DNA of 64,000 bases from a bacterium (GTDB taxonomy: Bacteria; Zhuqueibacterota; Zhuqueibacteria; Residuimicrobiales; Krinioviventaceae), in assembly GCA_963693055.1 (NCBI GenBank), contig OY843751.1, positions 3,520,001-3,584,000 of the forward strand, in the 5' to 3' direction. This document shows positions 19,245-29,017 of this stretch, one piece after another. Position numbers and translations under genes: made by a program. Numbering within the stretch: the stretch's first letter is position 1; each line of letters begins with the position of its first letter. Below the pieces are notes generated by a model. The model ran no database searches, was not told the DNA's origin, and worked only from the letters and a program-made list of their open reading frames with translations.

Positions 19245-19988
19245 TTACATGACCATGCCGCCATCAACATTGATCACCTGCCCGGTTACATAATCTGACA
19301 TTGGGCTGGATAAAAACAATGTGATGTTGGCAACATCTTCCGGGGTTCCCGGTCTTTTTAAAGGGATTACGTTTAAAAATGCTTCTTTTGCTGCATCTGA
19401 AAGCACATGGGTCATTTCGGTTTCAATATAACCCGGTGCAATGGCATTCACTTGAATATTTCTTGAACCAAATTCTTTTGCAACAGATTTGGTTAATCCA
19501 ATAACACCAGCTTTTGATGCTGAATAGTTTGCCTGTCCGGCATTACCTATAACACCTACAACTGATGCCATGTTTATAATCTTTCCGGATCTCTGTTTCA
19601 TCAAAGGTTTGGTAGCAGCCTTGATGCAGTTAAAAGTACCTTTAAGGTTTACCTCAATTACAGAATCCCATGAGGCTTCATCCATACGCATTATGAGATT
19701 ATCACGAGTAATTCCGGCGTTGTTTACCAGAATATCAAATTTACCAAAAGCATCGATAGATTGTTTTACAAGTTCTTCTGCATCTTCCAAATTTGCGACA
19801 TTGGTTTTTACAGCTATTGCTTTTTGTCCCGTTGCTTCTATCTCTTTTACACAGGCTTTAGCGCCATCCAAATCAATATCAGACACGACAATATCGCAGC
19901 CTTCAGATGCAAGCTTGAGACATATAGATTTTCCTATACCTCTTGCACCACCTGTAACAATGGCTACTTTATTTTCCAATTGTTTCAC
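19245..19988 (-). CDS. fabG: 3-oxoacyl-ACP reductase
   Basis: TGGARGIG, NNAGITRD, YSASK. Confidence 0.97.
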   Translation of the reverse strand: MKQLENKVAIVTGGARGIGKSICLKLASEGCDIVVSDIDLDGAKACVKEIEATGQKAIAVKTNVANLEDAEELVKQSIDAFGKFDILVNNAGITRDNLIMRMDEASWDSVIEVNLKGTFNCIKAATKPLMKQRSGKIINMASVVGVIGNAGQANYSASKAGVIGLTKSVAKEFGSRNIQVNAIAPGYIETEMTHVLSDAAKEAFLNVIPLKRPGTPEDVANITLFLSSPMSDYVTGQVINVDGGMVM

Positions 19989-19991
19989 GAT

Positions 19992-20915
19992 TTATTCCTC
20001 TTGTGCTTGTATTTGTTCTAAACTGCTTATAGTAACGGTTGATAGTTTACGATCAATTCGTCTGTTCAAACCGGTTAATACATTACCAGGGCCAACTTCA
20101 TAAAAGGTTTCAGCACCATTTAAGGCCATTGCCTGAATGGTTTGGGTCCATAACACCGGACTAGACAGTTGGCTGGCTAATAATTTTCTAATTTCAGTTA
20201 CATCGCTGGCTTTTTTTGCAGTGACATTCGAGTAAAGATCAATCTGAGGTTCTCTCAAGTCCACAGCATCCAGTTTCTGATTAAATTCAGCCAGAGCCGG
20301 TTCCATTAGTGGTGAATGAAACGCACCACTTACCTTAAGTTCAATAGCTCGTTTGGCGCCATTTTCCTGAGAGAGCTGTATAGCTGCCTGCACACCTTCA
20401 ATTGTACCGGAAATAACAACCTGCCCCGGAGAATTGTAATTCGCTACTCCAACAACACCTTTATCGGATGCATGTTTACAAACAGATTCAACCTGTTTAG
20501 TATCCATACCTATTATGGCAGCCATTGTACCTTTTTGATAATTAGATGCGTCTTGCATCAATGTGCCACGTTTTTGAACAATTTCCAAACCACTTTTAAA
20601 ATCAAGTGAACCTGCAGCAGCCAGTGCCGAGAACTCACCCAAACTGTGTCCCGCAACCATACTGGGTTTAACATTTCGTTCAGCTAAAAGCTCAAACATA
20701 ATAAAACTATTAACAAAAATTGCCGGTTGCGTAAAGCTGGTGGTATTTAATTGATCTTCCGGCCCATTGAAACACAATTCAGCCAGATCATAACCTAAAA
20801 TATCGTTTGCCTGTTGAAAGCGTGTACGAACGGATTCGAATGTATTATACACATCCTGTCCCATTCCAACAAACTGGGAACCTTGTCCCGGAAATATAAA
20901 AGCTAAATTACTCAA
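19992..20915 (-). CDS. fabD: Malonyl-CoA:ACP transacylase
   Basis: FPGQGSQ, GHSLGE, VSGAFHS. Confidence 0.97.
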   Translation of the reverse strand: MSNLAFIFPGQGSQFVGMGQDVYNTFESVRTRFQQANDILGYDLAELCFNGPEDQLNTTSFTQPAIFVNSFIMFELLAERNVKPSMVAGHSLGEFSALAAAGSLDFKSGLEIVQKRGTLMQDASNYQKGTMAAIIGMDTKQVESVCKHASDKGVVGVANYNSPGQVVISGTIEGVQAAIQLSQENGAKRAIELKVSGAFHSPLMEPALAEFNQKLDAVDLREPQIDLYSNVTAKKASDVTEIRKLLASQLSSPVLWTQTIQAMALNGAETFYEVGPGNVLTGLNRRIDRKLSTVTISSLEQIQAQEE

Positions 20916-21934
20916 AGAGAACCACCTACCTGTTGTCTAAGCTTTTCTCGCTCTAACCGAAGTTCTTTGATATGTGCCAAGGCTTGAAAATACAAGTTTT
21001 TATTTTTCAATGCAATTGCTTTTTGAAACTCTTTTTCAGCGCTATCAAAATCGCCAACTACCTGAAATGCAAGCCCTAAATTGTAATGCGCTTTGGGGTC
21101 TTGAGGAGTTTGTTTCACTGCTGCTTTAAAAGCATCAAGCGCCTCATCCCATAATCCATTTTTAGCATATTGCACACCTACTTTGACCATGCCTTTACCA
21201 TCTTCAAGCTGATGTTTTTCCTGAACCAGGTGGGGTGCAATCTGGTGAGCAAATTCTTTAACCATTTCTGACATTAGATCATTTAAAATAGCATCACGGG
21301 CTTTTAAATCTCCACGACCGTTAACAATTTTACCGCTGTTAAAAGATTCACTTTTAGCATTAGAAGCTAATAGTTCTCCGGTTTCGACATTTACCATTCG
21401 AAAGGTAACTGCTGCGGTACCGCGTCTTATCTTGTATTCCTGATCAACCAGAACAGTTTTTGTAATTTCTTCTCTTACTTTTTTATTATTTTTAGTAACC
21501 ACACGGTATTTTCCGGTGCCTACTTTTTTCTGTACTTTTTCTCTACCAACCTCATCGGGTTCTACACGGTATGTTACAATATCTCCAAAGATCAATCCAT
21601 CTACACCCAACAACTGACCAACCTGACGTGCTGTAGATTCGTCTATCACACCGGTCATGGCAAGTTCATGTTCTTTTAATATTTGATCTACTTTGCTCCG
21701 TTCAAATATTTGAAAAAACTTGCTGTTCAACAACTCTGATGTAAGCATGCTGGAAGCAAGAGTGCCTGAATTTTCAGGGCCTGAGAAATCGAGAATTGCT
21801 ATTTTTTTAATTCCCTTGATATCAATTTCTGCGGGTTTATAAACAGGCAGGTTTACAACGGTTGGAGCACAGCCGGTGAGAAACAATAAAATTGAAAAAA
21901 ATAAAATAAAAACAGATTTTACCTTCATAATCAT
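20912..21934 (-). CDS. Lipoprotein with CsgG/HfaB-like domain and C-terminal TPR repeats
   Basis: Lipobox LTGC; IAILDF..FQIFERSKVDQILKE..GQLLGVDGLIFG..RMVNVETGE (CsgG/TolB_N-like); AHYNLGLAF..GDFDSAEKEFQKAI TPR. Confidence 0.8.
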   Translation of the reverse strand: MIMKVKSVFILFFSILLFLTGCAPTVVNLPVYKPAEIDIKGIKKIAILDFSGPENSGTLASSMLTSELLNSKFFQIFERSKVDQILKEHELAMTGVIDESTARQVGQLLGVDGLIFGDIVTYRVEPDEVGREKVQKKVGTGKYRVVTKNNKKVREEITKTVLVDQEYKIRRGTAAVTFRMVNVETGELLASNAKSESFNSGKIVNGRGDLKARDAILNDLMSEMVKEFAHQIAPHLVQEKHQLEDGKGMVKVGVQYAKNGLWDEALDAFKAAVKQTPQDPKAHYNLGLAFQVVGDFDSAEKEFQKAIALKNKNLYFQALAHIKELRLEREKLRQQVGGSL

Positions 21935-21947
21935 ATTCCTGAATTCA

Positions 21948-22934
21948 TTACAGAATTAATGCAGCAGAGCCCCATGTAAATCCGGCGCCAAATGCTACAA
22001 GAACAACAGTTTCGTTTTCTTTTAAACGGCCGGTTTTGACTGCTTCATCCAGTGCAAGAGGAATAGATGCTGCGGATGTGTTACCGTAATTGTTCACATT
22101 CACAAAAACTTTTTCAGAAGGTAGATTGATCCGTTTGGCTGTTGCGTCTATAATACGCAGGTTTGCCTGGTGAGAAATTAGTAAATGTACATCATCGGAT
22201 GTAATACCGGATTCTTTGATAACCTTGACAGCGGCGTCACCCATGGATGTCACTGCATATTTAAAAACTTCTCTGCCAGCCATCTGAACATAAAACATTT
22301 TATCATCAATATTCTTTTGGGTGGGTAAATTTTTAGTCCCAAAACCGGGAATGTGCAGCAAATTATGCAAGCTACCATCGCTATATGTCAAAGTTTTTAG
22401 CAAACCGCGTTCACCATCAGAAGGTCTCAGGATAGCAGCACCGGCACCATCACCAAAAAGAACGCAGGTTGTACGGTCAGTATAATCTGTAACACGAGAA
22501 AGCAATTCCGCGCCAATGACCAAAATATTTTCAGCTTTTTCAGCCCGAATCAAAGTATCAGCAAGTTCCAATGCATAAATAAATCCGGTACATGCTGCTG
22601 ATATATCAAAAGCAGTAGCATTTACAGCATTTATTTTCTGCTGAACAAAACAGGCAGTAGATGGAAAACCAACATCACCTGTAATGGAAGCCATAATGAT
22701 ATAATCTAATTCACTTGCATCCATGCCTGCACTTTTTAAAGCATTTTGTGCAGCTTCGGCAGCCAGATCAGATGTATTTTGTCCGTCTGCTGCTATATGC
22801 CTCTTTTCTATTCCGGTACGAGTGCGAATCCACTCATCCGTAGTATCAACAATCTTCTCAAGATCAAAATTTGTAAGCACTTTTTCAGGAACGGCTGAAC
22901 CTGTTCCAACAATCATTGATTTTGGTTGTACCAA
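21948..22934 (-). CDS. fabH: 3-oxoacyl-ACP synthase III
   Basis: DISAACTGF, HQANLRI, YGNTSAAS, FGAGFTWG. Confidence 0.97.
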   Translation of the reverse strand: MVQPKSMIVGTGSAVPEKVLTNFDLEKIVDTTDEWIRTRTGIEKRHIAADGQNTSDLAAEAAQNALKSAGMDASELDYIIMASITGDVGFPSTACFVQQKINAVNATAFDISAACTGFIYALELADTLIRAEKAENILVIGAELLSRVTDYTDRTTCVLFGDGAGAAILRPSDGERGLLKTLTYSDGSLHNLLHIPGFGTKNLPTQKNIDDKMFYVQMAGREVFKYAVTSMGDAAVKVIKESGITSDDVHLLISHQANLRIIDATAKRINLPSEKVFVNVNNYGNTSAASIPLALDEAVKTGRLKENETVVLVAFGAGFTWGSAALIL

Positions 22935-22971
22935 TTATTAACTCCGTTCATAGTTAGCTGACCGATTTACA

Positions 22972-24015
22972 TCAATTTTCTACAGTACTGCTGTCAAGTG
23001 ATTCCATCTTTTGCTTAATATGATAGTTTACGTTTTCCACAACCATCTTGTTTGCCGCAATTATCGCGTTTTTTATGGCATGCGGTGTAGATTTTCCATG
23101 AGCAATAATACAGCACCCGTCAACACCAAGTAATGGGGCGCCGCCGTATTCCTGATAATCAAATGCTTTTTTAATTCCATCAAATGTGGGCTTCATCAAC
23201 AAAGCACCAATTTGAGAAAAAAAGTATTTTCTCACAAAGCGTTTAATACTCACTTTGAACAATCCGAACAAGCTTTCCGCAACTTTGAGAATTACATTTC
23301 CAACAAAACCATCACAAACGACGACATTTGTTTTACCGCGAAAAATATCACCGCCTTCAACATTGCCAACAAAATTAAGAGAGCTTTGCTGAAACAGTTC
23401 ATTGGCTTTAATTACAGCCTCATTGCCCTTGGAATTTTCATGACCGACACTTAACAATCCTACAGTAGTATCTTCTTTGGCAAAGATATGAGAATAATAA
23501 ACTTCACCCATAATACCAAATTGTAAAAGGTCAAGTGGACGGCAATCTACATTTGCACCCATATCGGTCAACATTACCGGGCCTTTTTCAGAAGGCAGTA
23601 AAGTTCCAATTGCCGGACGCCGTATACCTTTTATTCGTTTCAATCCAAACAAAGCCGAAGCCATAACAGCACCGGTATTACCAGCACTTACAAACGCATC
23701 AACCTCACCTTCTTTCAGCATCTTGATACCGACCGCTATGGATGAATCTTTTTTTCTTAAAGCGCTAGAAGGTTGTTCATCCATTAAAACAGTTTCGGAA
23801 GCATGCACAATTTCCAGAGGCAAGTTCTGTGTATGAAAATGATGAGAGATTTCCTCTTCAATCTTTTCTTTATCACCCACCAGAACTACGGTATACTGTC
23901 CCTTTGAAGCACGAGCAGCCTCTATACCACCATGAACAACATCATGGGGAGCATTGTCACCTCCCATTGCATCAAGGACGATTTTATTCAAATCAAACTC
24001 CAATTGTTTTTCCAA
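22972..24015 (-). CDS. plsX: Phosphate acyltransferase PlsX
   Basis: LDAMGGDNAP, SAGNTGA, DMGANVD, DGFVGN, GGAPLLG, HGKS; start may be a few codons later. Confidence 0.96.
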   Translation of the reverse strand: MEKQLEFDLNKIVLDAMGGDNAPHDVVHGGIEAARASKGQYTVVLVGDKEKIEEEISHHFHTQNLPLEIVHASETVLMDEQPSSALRKKDSSIAVGIKMLKEGEVDAFVSAGNTGAVMASALFGLKRIKGIRRPAIGTLLPSEKGPVMLTDMGANVDCRPLDLLQFGIMGEVYYSHIFAKEDTTVGLLSVGHENSKGNEAVIKANELFQQSSLNFVGNVEGGDIFRGKTNVVVCDGFVGNVILKVAESLFGLFKVSIKRFVRKYFFSQIGALLMKPTFDGIKKAFDYQEYGGAPLLGVDGCCIIAHGKSTPHAIKNAIIAANKMVVENVNYHIKQKMESLDSSTVEN

Positions 24016-24073
24016 AAAACATTTAAATGCAATAAAATAATGTCAATTGTACATATACTGAAAGGGTTGATCA

Positions 24074-24256
24074 TTATGATTCTCTTGGAAGAAATATCGA
24101 ACGGCCTTTGTAAAAACCACAATTAGGACACGCACGATGCGGCAGCTTGGGCTGGTGACAATTTGAACATTCTGTAACGGTAGGAGCTGCAGATTTCCAG
24201 TTTGCTCTGCGTTTATCACGACGTGATTTCGACTGTCTTCTTTTAGGTAATGCCAT
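24074..24256 (-). CDS. rpmF: 50S ribosomal protein L32
   Basis: MALPKRRQSKSRRDKRR, CxxC...HRACxxCG.Y. Confidence 0.97.
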   Translation of the reverse strand: MALPKRRQSKSRRDKRRANWKSAAPTVTECSNCHQPKLPHRACPNCGFYKGRSIFLPRES

Positions 24257-24273
24257 TTTATCCTCGTTAATGT

Positions 24274-24780
24274 TTAAGAGTTAAATTTAATATTTTTCAG
24301 GGCTTCCCAACGCGGATCAATTGTATCTGATTTACAATCACAAGTTCCTGCATTGAGATTCTTGCCGCACTTGCTGCACAGCCCTTTACAACTTTCATCA
24401 CAAACATGTTTATACGGAACCGCTATCAACAATGCCTGCCTTACAGATTCCGAAACATCTATAATATTTGAAGAATCAACAATAGGATAGACATCATCTT
24501 CACTCTCATTGTAAATATCCGCATTGGGAGTAAAGATAATATCAATCTCTTCATCAACATCATATTGAAAAGGTTCTAAACAGCGGTCACATTCCAACAT
24601 GGCATTGGTTACAAGGTGTGTTTTTAAAAAATACTCTGTTCCAACCTTGTTGATATTAAATTCAATATTAATATCTTTGCTAAACTCTTTATTTTCTTCA
24701 AGACCTAATTCTTCGGCCGTGACTGTCCTTTTATCAGAAGTAATATTATCTGAAAAAACGGATATATCTAACTTTAACAC
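24274..24780 (-). CDS. yceD: DUF177/YceD family protein
   Basis: CDRCL, C.ESCKGLCSKCGKNLN, DPRWEALK; upstream of rpmF. Confidence 0.92.
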   Translation of the reverse strand: MLKLDISVFSDNITSDKRTVTAEELGLEENKEFSKDINIEFNINKVGTEYFLKTHLVTNAMLECDRCLEPFQYDVDEEIDIIFTPNADIYNESEDDVYPIVDSSNIIDVSESVRQALLIAVPYKHVCDESCKGLCSKCGKNLNAGTCDCKSDTIDPRWEALKNIKFNS

Positions 24781-24807
24781 GAGCTTAAATTCTCCAAATC
24801 AGTCACA

Positions 24808-24836
24808 AATTTAGCAAAACAAGTTCTAATAGTCAA
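24808..24836 (-). promoter_or_regulatory. Sigma70-type promoter for the yceD-rpmF-plsX-fab operon
   Basis: Minus strand TTGACT(24836-24831)-17 nt-TAAATT(24813-24808). Confidence 0.6.
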
Positions 24837-24869
24837 GGTAAAATTTTTAAATCTGAATTTAATTCACAA

Positions 24870-25283
24870 TCACAAAACTTCAGATGTACTGAAAAAGAAA
24901 GATATCTCTTTTTCTGCATTTTCAGGCGAGTCTGAACCGTGAACAACATTGCGTCTTGTATTTTCGGCAAATTCCTTACGAATAGTACCCTCGGCAGCTT
25001 TATCAGGATCCGTGCTTCCCATGAGTTTGCGGTAATCTTGCACCGCGTCATCTTTTTCCAGCACAAGTAATATACTGGGCCCTTCTGTCATAAAATCAAT
25101 CAATGGTTCATAAAAAGGACGCCCTTTATGAACACTATAGAACGCTTCAGCTACAGCTTTGGTCATTTTTGTCATTTTACAGGCAATCACTTTAAAACCT
25201 GCCGCCTCAATTTTGGCGATAATTTTTCCACTATGTCCCTGCTCTACTCCATCCGGCTTTAAAATAGCTAATGTACGCTCCAT
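24870..25283 (-). CDS. ndk: Nucleoside diphosphate kinase
   Basis: ERTLAILKPD, GTIR, NVVHGSDS. Confidence 0.97.
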   Translation of the reverse strand: MERTLAILKPDGVEQGHSGKIIAKIEAAGFKVIACKMTKMTKAVAEAFYSVHKGRPFYEPLIDFMTEGPSILLVLEKDDAVQDYRKLMGSTDPDKAAEGTIRKEFAENTRRNVVHGSDSPENAEKEISFFFSTSEVL

Positions 25284-25315
25284 AATATGGTTCTCCTTTT
25301 ATAACAAGTACGGGT

Positions 25316-25864
25316 TTACAGTTTTTCTCCTTCTTCAAGACCAACTTGAAAAGCTTTAAAATTAAGCTCTTCAGTGCCTTTGGGCACTCTGGCTTCTATT
25401 GCCTGTCGAAGGGCATCCTGTGAAACAATCTTGGATACATTTGCAATAATCCCCAACGCAACAATATTTGCAACAAGGGAACGCCCCACTTTTTCAGTAG
25501 CTAAACGAATGATTGGCGCCTTGATCACTTTGAATCCAGGTTTTTCACCGGGATTCACAGCATCCTGATCAATTATTACAACACCCTCCTTTTTAACATC
25601 ATGACTGTATTTATCAAAAGATTCCTGCGTTAATGCCAGCAGCAAATCAATATTTACAGCCTTGGGGTAATCAATATCGCCATCAGAAATAATAACTTCT
25701 GAACGACTTGCGCCGCCACGGGCCTCGGGACCATAAGATTGACTTTGTGTAGCATTCAACTCATCATAAATGGCTGCTGCTTCTGCAAGAATCTTACCGG
25801 CCAATACCAATCCTTGGCCTCCCTCACCACTTAAACGGACCTCATAGCGAAAACTCATAACCAT
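25316..25864 (-). CDS. 2-oxoacid:ferredoxin oxidoreductase gamma subunit (Kor/Oor type)
   Basis: SGEGGQG, QSYGPEARGGAS, NIVALG. Confidence 0.93.
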   Translation of the reverse strand: MVMSFRYEVRLSGEGGQGLVLAGKILAEAAAIYDELNATQSQSYGPEARGGASRSEVIISDGDIDYPKAVNIDLLLALTQESFDKYSHDVKKEGVVIIDQDAVNPGEKPGFKVIKAPIIRLATEKVGRSLVANIVALGIIANVSKIVSQDALRQAIEARVPKGTEELNFKAFQVGLEEGEKL

Positions 25865-25882
25865 TGCTCCAAATATTTAATA

Positions 25883-26692
25883 CTATTTATTGTATTGATC
25901 AATAATTTTTTGATATTCTTCACGAAATTCGGGTTTTTCTTCATCAACAAAAATACCCGTAACAATTTTTTCAGCAAGTTCAGCGGGCAACAACTTTTCA
26001 GCCTTTAAAACCGGAATACTGTCAACCTTTTGTTTTTTGAGCATTTCCACGCCATTACCCATCTTGTTTCTGCGTCCATATGTGGTTGGGCAAGGTGTCA
26101 TAACTTCTACAACAGAAAATCCTTTTGTATCAATAGCTTTGGATATATACTTTTCAACCTGCACAGGATTTGCCACCGTTGTTCTTGCAACAAATGAAGC
26201 GCCGGCAGCTTTGGCCAATCCACTAATATTAAAATTATTCTCAGTATTGCCCAATGGTGCAGTACTCGCTTTTCTTCCTGCCGGGGTAGTTGGTGATACC
26301 TGACCACCTGTCATGCCATAAATCTGGTTATTGAACAAAACTACAGTCAAATCTATATTTCTGCGTGCCGCATGGATGTAATGATTTCCACCAATAGAGG
26401 TTGCATCACCATCACCAGTAACAACGATCACATGCAAATGCGGTTTTGCCAGTTTTATACCCGTAGCATAAGTTAATGCACGACCATGGGTTGTGTGCAG
26501 CGTATTAAAATCTACATAACCGGTTAAACGGCTTGAACAACCAATTCCGGAAACCATCACCACTTCATCTTTGTCAAAACCACTTTTATGAACCGCCCGT
26601 ATCAATGATTTGAGTACAATACCATCGCCACACCCAGGACACCAGATTAACGGCAATTTTGATGAACGTAAATAATAATCATAATCAAACAC
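25883..26692 (-). CDS. 2-oxoacid:ferredoxin oxidoreductase beta subunit
   Basis: WCPGCG, SGIGCSSR, TTHGRA, GDGD...NNQIYGMTGGQ TPP motif, PCPT; GTG start at 26692 preferred. Confidence 0.94.
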   Translation of the reverse strand: MFDYDYYLRSSKLPLIWCPGCGDGIVLKSLIRAVHKSGFDKDEVVMVSGIGCSSRLTGYVDFNTLHTTHGRALTYATGIKLAKPHLHVIVVTGDGDATSIGGNHYIHAARRNIDLTVVLFNNQIYGMTGGQVSPTTPAGRKASTAPLGNTENNFNISGLAKAAGASFVARTTVANPVQVEKYISKAIDTKGFSVVEVMTPCPTTYGRRNKMGNGVEMLKKQKVDSIPVLKAEKLLPAELAEKIVTGIFVDEEKPEFREEYQKIIDQYNK

Positions 26693-27818
26693 GGCTTTTT
26701 TCCTTAATAAATTCAAGTATTTCGTAGGGATTAATGGGTTCACCATTATATTTATTGAATGGAGATACCGGAACTTTACCTCTAACAGCCCATTCTACTT
26801 CATGAAACATCTGCCCCATATTTAATTCAGGAACAATCCACTGGTTCACTTTTTCCGTAAACTCTTGAATCACCTCATGCGCAAAAGGCCACAATGTTTT
26901 AAGGCGTAACATTCCAACTTTAATCCCTTCTTCACGTGCCATTTGCAGGGCTTGACGGGCCGAACGGGAAGCGGAACCATACGCCAATATTCCGATCTCA
27001 GCATCATCCATATCTATTAATTCGTAACTAATAATTTCATCTTTACGTTTGGAAATTTTTCGATCTAACCGGTCCATCAAAGCTTTAATTTTAACCGTAT
27101 CATTTGTAGGGAACCCGGTTTCATCATGCGCAAGACCGGTTACATGATACCGGTAACCTGAGCCAAAATCAGCCATGGGTGGTACATCAGACTCTGTCAT
27201 TTTATACGGCAGATAATCATCATGTCCACCTACAGGTCGCTCACGATCAAACACCTCTACATTTTTCAAATCAGGAATACTGACTTTTTCATTCACATGC
27301 CCAATAATCTCATCCAACAATAGTACAACCGGGGTACGAAATCTCTCTGCAAGATTAAATGCACGAATGGTCTCGTCGTAAATCTCTCGTACACTGTTGG
27401 GTGCCAGGGCAATAATTTGATGATCTCCATGGGTACCCCATCTTGCCTGCATAACATCACCCTGAGATGGTAATGTTGGCAATCCGGTGCTTGGGCCACC
27501 ACGCATTACATTTACAATAACACATGGAATTTCTGACATAATTGCGTATCCCAAATTCTCCTGCATAAGAGAAAAACCGGGGCCACTTGTTGCAGTCATA
27601 GTCTTAGTACCGGTTAGCGACGCACCTATAATTGCACCAATAGAAGCAATTTCATCTTCCATTTGAACAAAAACGCCCTTGTGTTTTGGGAGCTCAACTG
27701 CCAGGACTTCGGCAATTTCAGAAGAAGGTGTAATGGGATACCCGGCAAAAAACCGCAATCCGGCTGCAAGAGCAGCTTCTGCACATGCTTCATTCCCTGA
27801 AATAATTTTTGTTTCCAT
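26685..27818 (-). CDS. 2-oxoacid:ferredoxin oxidoreductase alpha subunit (2-oxoglutarate-type)
   Basis: GYPITPSSE, QMEDEIAS, ATSGPGFSL, RGGPSTGLPT, ELNMGQ. Confidence 0.94.
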   Translation of the reverse strand: METKIISGNEACAEAALAAGLRFFAGYPITPSSEIAEVLAVELPKHKGVFVQMEDEIASIGAIIGASLTGTKTMTATSGPGFSLMQENLGYAIMSEIPCVIVNVMRGGPSTGLPTLPSQGDVMQARWGTHGDHQIIALAPNSVREIYDETIRAFNLAERFRTPVVLLLDEIIGHVNEKVSIPDLKNVEVFDRERPVGGHDDYLPYKMTESDVPPMADFGSGYRYHVTGLAHDETGFPTNDTVKIKALMDRLDRKISKRKDEIISYELIDMDDAEIGILAYGSASRSARQALQMAREEGIKVGMLRLKTLWPFAHEVIQEFTEKVNQWIVPELNMGQMFHEVEWAVRGKVPVSPFNKYNGEPINPYEILEFIKEKSRV

Positions 27819-28042
27819 TATTTTTTACCCTCCCCAGCTTCCGGTTCGGCTGTAACATCAATAGCAAAATCCGGACAATACAATTCACACAAGCCACATG
27901 CAGTACATGCGCTTAGATTTTTGACATGTGCAATTCCATCCCGCATTTCTAAAACATCATGCGGGCAAAATTCTACACAAATCTCACATCCCTTACACCA
28001 GGATGGTTTGACCCTGACGTCAATATTTTTGTATTTAGCCAT
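27818..28042 (-). CDS. 2-oxoacid:ferredoxin oxidoreductase delta (2x[4Fe-4S] ferredoxin) subunit
   Basis: CKGCEICVEFCP and CTACGLCELYCPDFAI; ATG 28042 overlaps the arcC stop region. Confidence 0.92.
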   Translation of the reverse strand: MAKYKNIDVRVKPSWCKGCEICVEFCPHDVLEMRDGIAHVKNLSACTACGLCELYCPDFAIDVTAEPEAGEGKK

Positions 28043-29015
28043 GATGACTTTCCATTTGATTATGAGCAATCACAGTGCCTGTTTTCCCTTCTAATGCGTC
28101 TGCAAGTTTTTCTACTGAACAAATACAGACCTTAAGGCCTCCATTCTCTAAAAACTGAATTGCGGCCTTGATTTTGGGTCCCATGCTTCCCATGGGAAAC
28201 TGTCCTTCTTTAAGATAATGTCGAGCTGTATTAATATCAAGGTAATCGAGGAACTTTTGTTCTGCTTGCCTATAATTTACGGCGACTTTTTCCACTGCGG
28301 TGAGTATATAAAGCTCCGTTGCACCAATATCATGGGCCAAAACTGCAGAAGCCAGGTCTTTATCTATTACAGCATCCACACCTTCCAAAGAGCCGTCCTT
28401 TTCACGATAAACCGGAATACCACCTCCACCAGCAGCAATGACAAGTACACCCTGATGCACAAGCTGCCTGATTATTTCCGCTTCTACAATTGCCAGAGGA
28501 TGCGGGGATGGCACCACCCTGCGATATCCTCTGCCGGAATCTTCTTTTAAAGTATAACCACGTTCATCCTGAAGAGATTCCACTTGATTTTCTTTATAAA
28601 AAGGACCAACAAACTTGGCAGGGTCATGAATTGAAGGATCATCTTTTGAAACAAGCACCTGGGTCAATATTGTAGCTACTTTACGTTCAATATTTCGATC
28701 CAAAAGCTTGTTTTGCAGGGTCTGTTCAATCATGTAACCCATACCACCTTCAAGATCAGCAACAATCACACCAAGGGGTACCGGCGGCACCATGTGACGT
28801 GCCGCCTCTACCCGTATCAATGCATTGCCAACCTGAGGGCCATTACCATGTGTTATTGCCAATTTATATCCGCGTTCAACCAGTTCAACCACTCCAAACA
28901 ATGCTTTACGCGTATTGGCAAACTGTTGATAAATGTTGCCCTCTTCAAATTCGCGAGTAATCGCATTGCCGCCCAAAGCAACAACAGCAATGCGGTTTTT
29001 ATCTTGCTTTGCCAT
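28035..29015 (-). CDS. arcC: Carbamate kinase
   Basis: ALGGNA, THGNGPQVG, RRVVPSP, GGGGIPV, AVIDKD, GSMGPK. Confidence 0.96.
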   Translation of the reverse strand: MAKQDKNRIAVVALGGNAITREFEEGNIYQQFANTRKALFGVVELVERGYKLAITHGNGPQVGNALIRVEAARHMVPPVPLGVIVADLEGGMGYMIEQTLQNKLLDRNIERKVATILTQVLVSKDDPSIHDPAKFVGPFYKENQVESLQDERGYTLKEDSGRGYRRVVPSPHPLAIVEAEIIRQLVHQGVLVIAAGGGGIPVYREKDGSLEGVDAVIDKDLASAVLAHDIGATELYILTAVEKVAVNYRQAEQKFLDYLDINTARHYLKEGQFPMGSMGPKIKAAIQFLENGGLKVCICSVEKLADALEGKTGTVIAHNQMESHHG

Positions 29016-29017
29016 TT

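Noticed and set aside
14066-20103. Long antisense ORFs such as 14066-14626, 16445-16816 and 19570-20103 (and similar ones across the window)
   Set aside because: They are shadows of well-conserved genes on the opposite strand, with no RBS or motifs
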